Of a stretch of DNA of 64,000 bases, positions 15,014-27,600 are shown piece by piece. Below the pieces are notes generated by a model that was given only the letters and a program-made list of their open reading frames with translations, was not told the DNA's origin and made no database searches. This DNA comes from Flaccisagitta enflata (lineage: Eukaryota). The stretch lies in NCBI GenBank assembly GCA_965153355.1, contig OZ231126.1:15624001-15688000 (forward strand). Direction: 5' to 3'. The translations under genes and the position numbers were made by a program. How positions within the stretch are numbered: position 1 is the first letter of the stretch; each line of letters begins with the position of its first letter.

Positions 15014-16679
15014 ACCAGTAGCTTCGCCATAACATGTGAATTACAAGTAGGTATATAAGAATTATCACTATAAGATGATAGGTCATAGGTGAAAAATGAG
15101 TGAACAAGGTCATTAGACCTCAGTCGCGTGCGTCGGCACTTTCAGAAAAGTCAGGCAGACAGACAGATGAACAGACTAAAACATTTTAAAAGACCTTTAA
15201 ACTAGCAGCAAAAAGTCTTAAAAACAACTTTGTGACAAACCAATGGACAGATAGACGGATGGACGGACGGACGGACAAAAAAGTGACTTATAGAGGTGTA
15301 TGAATGACATAAAAACATTCAAAAATTTAAGATATCTTTAAATTAGCTGTAACTCCCTTTGAACAATTTTGTGACGGACAGATGGACAGACAGACCGACC
15401 AACTAGCCAACCAAAAAGTGGCTTATAGAGGCTTATAAATGCCTTAGAAACATTCAAAAACATTTTAAATGTCTTTATTTTGTGTAAAAAGCCTTTTAAA
15501 CAGTATTGTTACGAACGGACCGACCGACCAACCGACGGACCGACTGACCGAAAAGTGGCTTATAGAGTCGCGTAGCACGCGACTAAAAAAAAACAATGCC
15601 GGATACATGGCAATCCAGTTGCGGACGGTTGGGCAGGAGCAGTAATTCAAAAACCGCTTGCAGTTCACGATTATCTGACGGTTTGTTTGTTAGGTCGTTG
15701 GTTCATGATGCAGAAATTTAAATGAGTCGTGGTCTGCAGTATTATGGCATCATCGCTCTATAGCCGGATTGCGAATGCGATGATGGAAATTTACCAGTGC
15801 GGCAGTACCGAGGTTCACAAATAGTTGCGTGTGACCAAGTCTAGACGTGGACGCGACGTGGTACCCTCTGGATACTTATTTTTCTCTCGAAAATAAAAAG
15901 GCCAAATCAAACTCAATAGAATGAAAGGTGTTTATTTCCCGTCCTCATTTTTTTCTCTCGTTCTACTACTGCGTCTGTAGTCAGTACACACGAATCATCC
16001 GCCTGTTCCAATTGTCCCCATTGTCAACGAGAGATATGCGCCTTTCAGAATTGATTTTCGATTGGGATCTCAGAGAGAGAAAAGAGTTTTTGAATGCCGT
16101 TCTTAAAACGCAAATAGATCTAGATCTCATATAATTTCGTTTACTGACGATGAAGCAAGGAATGAAGAAAGAAAAAAACTAATTTTTAATTCAAATTTGC
16201 CAATCATCGATGATAGTTTCTTTGTCAGCCCGTCTGAGTCCATAAAACATTTGTACAAAGAATATAACTCCCAAGCGATCACATAAGTATTCGTTCACAT
16301 GTGGGCTATGTCTGAGATGTGGGAGCTTGTTGAGTTCCCACTATCAGTAGCAGAAATAAAGTCGCTTTATAATTTCGCAGTCAGGCACAAATACTCTGAA
16401 GTAAGGCCGGATACACCGCCAATAGGTAGTAGCTGGCAGGTGGGCAGGAGCAGTTATTTAGGTGGGCAGGGCGGGGGCTGTATTTAAGCTAAGCAGGGGC
16501 AGTAATGCTCAAAAATTACCTTCCTTACCTTCCTTTCTTCGGACGGTCGACGGACACACCTTCTTGTAGTTTCACCTACCCAGCAACCAAAAAAGGAAAG
16601 ATAAGTGGAAGACAAAAGGAGAGCAAAACTGGAATTTTGCTCTTCTTTTGAAAAGACAAAATGAAAGACAAATGGAAAA

Positions 16680-17410
<731 letters not shown>

Positions 17411-17885
17411 TAAGGGGAGTACTAGTCGAGACAGATCAGAGACACTGTATATAGCGTCATGCCTGTTGTTATATGGTCGCTATAAAAATTTTTTGTGCAT
17501 GGCTTTATTCTTAACAGTGCTCACTTTTTTCTTGACCATGTACCACTGATAAACCAAGCTAAAAACATGTTCTGACCGACAAATTGCGCTGAAAGGTAGT
17601 TCCCACGAAATGTAGTCAGGGGAGGTGTGCAGGCCAAGATGATCTAATAAAAATGTTTTAGTCGCGTGCATGCAACTCAACAGCCCGCTTCGTCCGTCTG
17701 TCGGTTGGTCAGTTGGTAGGCTGGTCGGTCACGATTTACTTTTTTTATGATTTTACTTTTTAGTCGCGGACTAGCGATTCTATAAGAGGCTTTGTCCGTC
17801 CGTCCGTCCGTCCGTCCGTCCGTCCGTCCGTCCGTCCGTCGGTCGGTCCGTCACGCTCGAGTCGAAAAGTGGGAAAACAAGCATA

Positions 17886-18617
17886 CACTTTTTTCTTTTT
17901 ATAAGCACGCACCTTTTTCGGCTGAGGCTGAGCGTGCTTAGCAAAATCTCACTTTCGAGGCTGAAATGTGCTTAAGTGCGTTCTTATCATTTATTGATAA
18001 GTAATTATCCTTTTCAGTATAAAATAAAGTACACAGTAGGGTATGGAAACAGTATAGCATAGAGTATTGTATAGTAAAGAATAAAGCATAGTATAAGATA
18101 CAGTATTGAATGTATTTTGTATAGAAAATACACAGTATCTTCTACTGACGTTGTCCTACTTTTATATAAACCATAGGATGAGGTCAGTATCCTAATTTAG
18201 TATAAATCTTTTTTAAATTTTTAGTGTTATTTAAAATCATAATATATCATTCTTTTTTGGTGGTCCTTAACATTATGTTACGGTAATGAATTCTTATTAA
18301 CAATAATATCTAAGCAACAATATTTTTAGATATTATTAGAAATTCAATTATTTCTATAAGTATCAAAATCCTGAATATATTGACAATTTAATATTGATAT
18401 TGATATTGATATTGATATTCTATCAAAGTTTCCTTTGTTTTTTTGTGAAATTCCAACCAAAAATGTCTAAAAATTGGTTTATTTTTGAAAATTCCCCCTA
18501 AAATTTTTTGAAATCAGAAATCTCAGCCTGGAGCGTGCTTAGCAATGTGCTTAAATTTTCCCAATATCTGAGGCTTGGCGTGCTTATAAACAAGGTGCTT
18601 CTAAAAAGAAAAAAGTG
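17886..18617. mobile_element. Tc1/mariner-type MITE (TA TSD) inserted in a HINE-like element
   Basis: TA|CACTTTTTTCTTTTTATAAGCAC ... GTGCTTCTAAAAAGAAAAAAGTG|TA; removing it rejoins a repeat seen intact at ~190-268 and ~19090-19172. Confidence 0.8.
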
Positions 18618-19277
18618 TATCCGCCCCTGCCCACCCGTCCGCGACTGGTATTGGCCGTGTATCCGGCCTTGTTATATTTCAAATAAGGTTACTGACCGAC
18701 AAACGACGCAGGGTGTAGAGTCGCGTGTCCGTGACTCAAAAAATAATTGTTGTAATGTATTGGTGTTCTTTTGTCCTTTTTATTCGCTATGTTAGTCTTT
18801 TGTTATCAAGGTAATTTCGTTTTTATTGTAAATCACTAGGGAGAGTATGCTGACACAAAATTGATCTTTTGTCATTCTTCTCTTATCGGTCGGCCCAGGT
18901 GAAATTTCAAAAAAAATTTTTTGTCAATTATGTAATTTTTGTTATTTTACTTCCGCCGGTGCCCATTCCCCGCGTCACGGGATTTTGCTATGACCCTCGT
19001 GCCTCACAGCTACTCTTTTCTTTTTAGTTGCGGACACGCAGCTCCAAAAGAGGCTCTGTCCGTCCGTCGGTCTGTTGGTCCGTGGTGATCGAGTTGGAAA
19101 GTGTGAAAATGCGCATTTCCGCTCCTGCCCACCCGTCCGCAACTGGTATTGGCCGTGTATCTGGCTTTGTTAATGCATGAAAACAGTGTTGGCAACCTTA
19201 ATATTTAGTGGTGCCAACTGGCTCAATTGCTGTTTAATTTTCTGTTGCCTTTCAACTGCAGACATCCGCACGTTGCC

Positions 19278-22200
19278 ATGTCACGTCGAATCCGTCTATC
19301 CAAACCGTCTCGTCCATCTGGGTTGCCTAAACAACAAAGCCGCAATACCGTCGACGATGAAGAGGACACAGATTCCGTCGTAATTGAAGATCTACCGGAC
19401 AAGGAGTTACTGGAGAAGTTAAGACGGAATGTTAGGAGTCACGATGAGGTGGAATGTACCTTCGCGTCTGCGATCAATTCTATTGAACAAAAGTAAGATT
19501 AGGATGTTATTGTTGTACACTTTTTATTCTTTATAAGAACGACATTTTTTTGGCTAAAGCCTTCAAAGGAGATAGGGATAGCTACTGATAAAAAAACGAT
19601 GTTCTTAATTTTGGGTCAATTTCAAGCCTTGATGTTCTTATAAACTAGGTTCCTATAGAAATTAAAAAGTGGTTGTTGATTTAGAATTTGAAGTTGTATT
19701 GTTGTCTTGTGATAGTTATTGCTGACATTGTTGTCGGGAAAAAAGTCGAAGTCAGTCTTCGACTTTTTGTCGGGAAAAAAGTCAAAGTCAGTCTTCGACT
19801 TTTTGACATATTCGAGAGAAACAGGGTTTTCATTTTCTTATGCGGAAGTTGAGCATCTCCACCGACCGATTGGGGCCTCCAATGAAATTGATAGGGTAAG
19901 TAAATTTGATAATTCTCTTTCATTTGGCGCCAAGCAGAATGCTCTACGACAAATATTTTTCGCGCTATGATTTTTTAAAGATTTATTTATGAAAAATTCG
20001 AATGAAATTTTTTTCGATTTTTTACGGTTTTGTGTAGGATCAATAAAAGAGTGTATTTATGTTTGTTTGAGCATGCAAATACAAGAAAACATGTTTATGA
20101 GCACAGCTGCTCATCTGTGAGGGCGTTTTTGAGCATTTCAGCTCATTTAGCTAACTTAGCTCAGTCTGTTCTTTCTGATTTCAAATATGATAAGTGAATG
20201 AATATTTTTCAACTTGTTTTAAGCAAAAAAACATGTCAGTGAGCAGAGCTGCTCATCTGTGAAGGCGTTTTAAAGTATTCTAGCTCATTTAGCTCATTTA
20301 GCTTGTGCTTTTTCTCTGATTTTAAACAGGATAAATAAATTAATGTTTTGATTTAAGCATGCAAATACAAGAAAGCATGTCAGTGAGCAAAGCTGGTTGT
20401 CTGGTTGAATCATTTTGATTATTTTAGCTCATCTAGCTCATTTGGCTCAGTTCTATTTTTCTCTGATTTTCAGTGCAGTCAATACATACAATTGCTTTTG
20501 ATTTGATCTAACAAAATTTCAGTGACTGAAGAATGTGAAAAGTGACCAATGCTTACGACTTTTTTCCTCACGGCGACAGCCGCCATTACTGGTAGCTACA
20601 TGTAGTTGGCGTTTTAATGGTCGTTGGTGTAGTTCTTGTAGTTCTGATCGTTGTTATTGTTCTCGTCTTATCACAAAATTATCGTGATGCTTTGTGCTTT
20701 AATTCATAGCTCGAACAAAAGTTCTATGTATGGTGGTGTCTCTTTTGTGATATGGTGGATATGTTTTGAACGGGTGAATGTTTGACTTATTGAAGCTAGG
20801 TCAGCAGGCAGTGTTGCCCTCCCTTACTAGCTGCATGAATTTGAGTTTTATGTAGCATGAATTTGAGTTTTATGTAGGATGAATTGTTGCACATGTCACA
20901 TAGTAGTTGTTTTTTCCGATAAAACGCTAACTCGGCCAAACAATCGCTTTTGTAGGTGGGCCCACGATTTGAACTCCTCCGGCGAATCTATGGCGACCGT
21001 CTTCAAACTCGAGGATGAGGATGGCGCTTCTGCGAGCGGAAGTCGGACAAAATCGGCGAAAAAGTCCCAGCAGCAACAATCGCGTCGTCACAACAAAAAG
21101 ACGAAAGCGCCTTCAGAGGCGAGCTTCGCCAGCGACGTTAAATTCAAGTTGGCACCTTCGACTTCGACGAAGAAAAGTCCCGTCGAAAGCTCCAACAAAA
21201 GCTTACAAGTGCCTTTGAAGAGAGTTATGGTCGGTGGCGGCGGCGGAGGAGCAGGAGCAGCCGATCACGGAGCCGACGATGATGATTTGGACGAAGATTT
21301 CCTGGGCATGTCATTAGCGGATCTCAATGGTACCGCTACTATTTCATCTTCCGAAGATTCCAAACGAAATATCAAGATCATCCCATCGTCGTCGTCGAAT
21401 AAACACGCCTGCACCGCGATGGCGACTCCGTCATCTTCTGCCGCCGCCGCCGCCGCCGCCGCGTCATCGAGAGACAATGGCAACAAGTTCGTCTTCAAGA
21501 CGCCTCTCACGGCGGCAAAGACGTCAACGGCGAAGAAAGGCGTTCCTCGACGAAGTTACGACGATCGACCGAGTCAGTCTCCTCTGTTGAAATCCGCCAT
21601 CACACCTTTATCTGCCTCGCGACAAAATGGCGCCTCAAAAGACGGTCGTATCGCCGTCGATGACGTATCCTCGTCCTCTCTGCCTCTTCCTCGCGAATCT
21701 TCCGCCACTTCCTCGATGATGGGCGGATATTTCGATTCTCCGCTCAATTCCACGCCGGCGCCGACCTCCTCCCGACGCAGAAGGCCCTCTATATCGGCGT
21801 CTAGCGCCACCAGCGCTTCCACATTTCGCGACGTCGATGATTCTACGGTGGCCAGCGATACTTCCGTTTCTACACGACGCGCAACAGCTTCTTCCCCGAC
21901 GAGAGTGCTGCATCTGACGGAAAGTGAAGACGATGGTGGCGAGGCGTTGGGGGATGAGGCGACGCTGGGAGACGGCAGTGAGGGGGAAGAGGAGGCTGGA
22001 TTGCAAGAGGAGGAGGAGGCAGCGGCGGAGGCGGGTGTCGGCAATGGAATGTATCATACTACACCAACTTCATTTGCCACGGAAGATGCTGCTGTTGTTG
22101 CTGCTGCAAACATCTCGTCCGCGCACGAATGTTCCACCGCCGGTCCACATTTGATCGCGACGGATGTCGATGATACTGTCGTCGATACGGCGGATGAATT

Positions 22201-23863
22201 TCCGAGTGAGAGGACGTTGAGATCGCGAAAGATACGAGTGGAAGGCAAAGCTGACAAGGAAAACGTTTCTCCGAGGAAGAAAGACAAAGTGCCGGGTAAC
22301 GACTCAGTGGCGTCACGGAGAATTTCTATCGGCGATGAATCTACAACGCCGCCGACGATTCGCGGCGCTTCTGCCATGACGACGCCGACGTTGAATGAAA
22401 TGCAGCGCCGAATAGGTGCCCCAGCATCGCCCAAGCAAATGCGACAACCTCAGCAGCAACTCCCACAGCCTCAGCAGCAACAACCGCGGCCCTCGTCACA
22501 GAGTCAGCCGCGAATTCCCTTGGCAGAAACTCCTGATATCGGTTCTAACGCCCACGTCAAACTTGACGGAAATTCTTTATTAGAGAAAACCACCGCTCTT
22601 TCCACCTCTCAACGCGCGGGATCCGCTTCCTTGCCACCTCGCCGTATCACCGCCATCCGGTTGGGAAGTCCCGAAAAAGTCCCGCGACATACCTCCCAAT
22701 TTTTTTTCAAGCCTTTGATTTCTCAAAACGGAACAAAAGTCGATCGAACACAATCGCGACCGACGGCTGAAGAGCGAGTGGTGAGAAAAGAAGATGAAAA
22801 TGGGGCCAGGGGGAACGAGGTCAATCGGGAATTATCGAAATCCAATCTTGAACTCGATGATGATGATATCGATGACGATGGTGAAAGTGATGATGTTGTC
22901 GTCGAGGAGGAAGAGGAGGAAGAGGAGGAAGAGGCAGATGAGGAGGAAGAGGATGAAGAAGCAGCAGCGGAGGAAGAAGATCAAAGTGACGACTTGGAGG
23001 TGCTGGCAGCCCCTGATGGTAAGGAAAATCAGTCGATCCGTCGTAATCGTGACAGCGAGGAAGTGGATATCGATGATTCCCAGCTTTCGCACATGCTTCG
23101 GACTAGCATTGTCAGTTCCAACGATTCTTTTTCAAATCGACGTCGAGAACAGCGAGAACAGCAACAACAAAAACATCAACGACAACAACAGCAAAACCGG
23201 AAGCAGAAGCATAAGGAATCCACAGTCCTTAAATCTCTCGATAACACCCATTCGCGCCGTAACCCGTTGTCCAATTCGTCTAATCAAAACATCCGCATCA
23301 ACAACAACAAAGACGAGGACTTTTTCGGCAATTTCAAAAACATTTTCGTATCGATGAAACGACTTCAAGGCGAAAACACGGAGATGAGGTCGGAAATGGA
23401 AACTCTTTGCGACAGCCTAGATACGATGCGGGAGGATTTGACGACGACTCAAACGACGTTGGCCGAACGAGAAGAACTGGTGGACAAACTGAAAGAGAAA
23501 CTGAAGCAGAGGGAGCGAGTGTTGGCCGACGAAGTCTGTAAGAATTCGAGATTGACGTCAAAGATTGTCGATACAGAATCGCTATTAACGACGTGTAAAG
23601 AAGAGGCGGAGAGAGAAAAGGACGACGCCGCCGAGAAGCTACGAGAGAAAGAGACGCTGTTGGAGGAAAAGCGACGAGAAAACGAAGAGCTAAACGAGAC
23701 CAACGGCCAGCAGAAACGGAAGATTCTGGATCTGACGCAGACTTTGGATGTCGTGAGGGAGAAGTATCGCAAGACGCTGATGGCCGCCAAGGCGAAAGCT
23801 GATCGAGAGTGGGAAGAGTTCCAAGCTTGGGAGGAAGCCAACGGCAGACCCGTCCAGGATTGA
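19278..23863 (+). CDS. 1040-aa low-complexity protein with acidic tracts and a C-terminal coiled coil; possible Scm3/HJURP-like N-terminal helix
   Basis: Exons 19278-19492 and 20956-23863. Donor AA|gtaag at 19493 and acceptor ttgtag|G at 20955 join in phase 2 (...SIEQK-WAHDLN...) into the 994-aa ORF. Ser/Thr/Pro-rich middle, Glu/Asp tract near 22860-22990, coiled-coil-like C-terminus (LQGENTEMRSEMETL...). Confidence 0.85.
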
Positions 23864-24216
23864 ATGATGTTACTCTGGTTATTCCTTGTATCTTATGAAT
23901 ACGTGGGGTTCATTCTGATATTGAGGGTTGGAGGCTTCACTTATTATTACATGTATACTTTCGCTCGTTAATGCCGTGTAAATTATTTTGTTAAATTTCG
24001 ACGAATTTTACTTGACGTTCTACGTTATAAACCGTTACAAACATTTGACATGGGCTCAAATTTGTGCCATTAACCAAAACCATGTATAAACGTTTTACCA
24101 TTCCATTTGTTTTTAACGTTGCCTAAATCTAAAGTTTGTTTCTTAATTTTCTTCTCGATTCCATTTATCGTTTAGCTCGTTATCTTTGATTAAGTCACGT
24201 GACCAAATATAGCGCC

Positions 24217-24591
24217 ATGAGCGGCGTAGTGTCATTATGGAGACTGACTCCTCGACTGCTTCGTCATTGTCAAAAGAACTCGGTTGCTCTTTCTTCCATC
24301 GACCGATCGGGTAACAATGGCGCTTCATCCATCGAGACTCAGTCTACCACTGTAACTTCGGCACAGCCATCCCGCGGCGTTGCATCGTACATAGTGTTAT
24401 TGCCGGAAGTGCCGCCGGATTCGCCGGAAACCAATCCCGTCATGAGACTCGATTCTCTTCCCGCGTTTAGTGAAATAACCCCCGTCGACTGCGTCAATGG
24501 AGTTGCCAAATTATCCATCGAGTTCGAAACGGAGTTGAGTTTACATTCGGAGAGGCTAACACAGATGCCCAACACATTCGAATCGGTGATT

Positions 24592-24676
<85 letters not shown>

Positions 24677-27600
24677 AATCTGGTCTACTGCGCTATTTTG
24701 GTAACATCATTTGCATAATGTCGTTGTATTCATTTGTGATGAATCCTGTTTCCTGCTTGGGGCATTTTCACCCCTCATGCGTAGATTTTCTACTACATTA
24801 GTTTGTAGGACTGGTAGGACAGATTTCATCAACTTTATGTCCCGCATCACCAATGTTAGGCCCACGACAAAGTTACCCTCATTGTCATTGACATAATGTA
24901 TCATTTGTCATTGTTCATCCTGTGCCCCATTATCATTACCGGTTGCTGGTTCTCTTCGTCCTCAGATATGAGGCACACCCGGTTCATGGTTCATATACTG
25001 TATGCTTCTTTCCTTGTATACTTGTATATATCTACGCCTCTCCTCCGCGTTCACACATCATTCTGGCGTCTGCATTTACTCGTCCTTCATTCCCTACTCA
25101 TTCGCTCATCTACATCCATACGTCCGTCTACGTCCTCAAAGGTACATCCTAACAGATGGTACTCGGCCTAAGCTCAAGGGCATATCGCACTTGGGCAGAA
25201 TCTGGGTCTGTCCGTTCCTTCCCAGACACCACCATCCAAACCTCGACATCTGACTCATTCTTACTCGACTCCACGATTCGCTTTACACCTGGTCTCTCAT
25301 CATCTTCGTACGCTAAAGTGTCGATACCCCAGGTCTGCCTGACGAGCCTAGTTGTGCACCCCCCGGGTAGGGGAAACCTTATCGCCGGACATGTCCACAA
25401 TAGCGCTGGGAGCGTTGGGAGCTACAGCTTGCGGGGGCTCCGGATCGTACGTCGTAGCTTCTGTTCTCGGGGGTAGCCTTTGGCTACTGTGGCAAACGAA
25501 ACGGGGCAAGTTTTCAACTGATGGCAATCCCGTCGATACCACAGGAGAATCCTATTTCACCGGCCAGACCAACTCTTTGCTGCCTACAGCAATCCCCCCC
25601 TTCGCAATACGGGTTACGGCGGGTGATCCCTCGGCATGGGGATCTTAACGGGATCCGTCGGTTCTGTCCACGCCCGGCAAAGGTGCTGTATAAAGCGACG
25701 AGGTTCCTTTTCGTCTCTTCTCTGTGCTCATGTCTCTGTCCACCTCGACTTCTGCATCAAAGACTTCGGTTTGGATGGTACTCTATTCACTCACATTGTA
25801 TATAAAAACATTGAGGAATGCGGAATTGTAAATAACTTTTGTGCTGAACCGGGTGTGTGCTCTTTGAAAATAGGAATTTCTGTTAAAAGACAAAACTGTT
25901 TTACTTTGGGGAATTTAGCTCTCCACATCATCACAATCATCCCCAATTACTACCTTAGCGTCCGCGGCGTGTTTCGAAGTGCAGCGTGACCGCGTCTTGG
26001 TCTCTCGGTTAGCTGGAACACCACGCAGGAAGGCCGCGTGGGACCGCGTTGGACCAACGAGATTAGCAGGAAGTCCGCGTCTCGCCAATTAGCAGGAAAA
26101 GACCGCGCCGAGGTCTATAGATTAGCTGGAATTCCGCGCCTTTGACCCACGTTTAGCTGGAATACGCACCCCCGCTTTGGCGTCGCTGGAATACCGCTCG
26201 CCGGGCACAAACCTCTTTAAAAGTGCCAACTGGTGGCCAAACACCAGCTCCAGACCTAGCATTCTATCGCAATCTTGTTTTATGTTTTGACGGACTAATG
26301 TGCTAAGCGAGTTACAAACTACCACTGAACAACCATGCCTGACTTAACACTTTGGTCACCCTAGTCTGGCACTTCATCGGCAGACTTCTTGTGGGAACCA
26401 GATCAATCATTCTGTTATAACATCGCATCGCATCCCCTTGCATCACATCGCATTTTACTTGAAAGCAAGAAAGAAAATAAAAAAAAAAAGTCTTTGGTTT
26501 CGGCTGAAAGTTTGCTAACGCGTTGGATCATTATCCTACCTTGTTTGTTCATGCATTAATTTCATTCATGTCATCATCGTAACTGTGGAGCCTTGGGAGA
26601 ACAAACCTGCAAAGCCCAGACCAAATCTTTCCCTCTTCTCTTTATTCATCACTGCAACAGGCGCAGTCACCAATAGACAATGTCAATGCCTAGCGTCGAC
26701 TCCCGCTATATTGATGCAGCTGCGTGACTGGATTGGAAACCCCCTAACCTCATAACCAACAACTTGAATGCTGCCTGGATGTGTATTACTAGCATGTTTT
26801 GGACTCATCTTTTGCTGCAGGATTTGACTTGGACACCTTTGACGGAACCGCTGTTGGTAAGGTGCAGTGTTGCAGCTTTGGTGCCTCTAAATCTGGATCT
26901 TTACACTGTGGGTTAATGCGGTTTTGCATCTGTTCTCCTCATGCATTTTGATAATTGCCCATTTGCCAGACAAAACTATCCTAAGATCTTGGATGGGGGC
27001 ACTGCTTCCCATCTACCATCATTGCTTTTAACCAAACGTCTGTTGGATCTTGGATGGGGAATTACCTCCCAGCCCTGATCATCGCCTTCATTCAAAGTTG
27101 CATGTTATCATGTTCCTTATTGTTATGCCTCTTCTGGATTTAATCGTAACCCAGACCCAGCTCTTTGCTATTATTACTACCTATTAATGCCATTATACAA
27201 CTGATATGACTTGTATCTGCTCTCGGCACTGCCGGCCATACACTCTTTCGACGCTGGATAATGGGATCTTTTAGCACCTCACTACTGGATAGACCTCCGC
27301 TGCACCACCTCAAATGGGAGACTGCCCTTAATTTTTAGCACCTCACTACTCATCTATGGTTGACTACTGCCTAATCCCTGAATCACTGTCACACCAACGT
27401 ATTGTCACAGCATCACCATTGAGTGCTGCCGCATGTATTACAGAATCTGGAATCTCTCCACCATCTGCTTTGTTACTTCGCCTGAACTTCTGTTTAAAAC
27501 CCAGATCCAATCATTCGCCACACCAGACTTCAGAATCTCTTGATGTTAACGGAAGAATACTGCCATGAATGGGATATTTGCTTGAACGCAAAAAAGTCGA

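Noticed and set aside
20879-20955. ATG 20879 as the start of the 994-aa ORF
   Set aside because: Lies in intron sequence before the acceptor at 20955; the in-phase upstream exon is a better start.
25331-25380. Hammerhead-like core (AGGTC...CTGACGA...GAAACCT) in the LTR element
   Set aside because: Only 3 nt where stem I should be and a G-G mismatch closing stem II; probably chance.
25156-26325. Short ORFs in the LTR interior as gag or env
   Set aside because: All under 120 aa with no zinc knuckle, protease, RT or integrase motifs.
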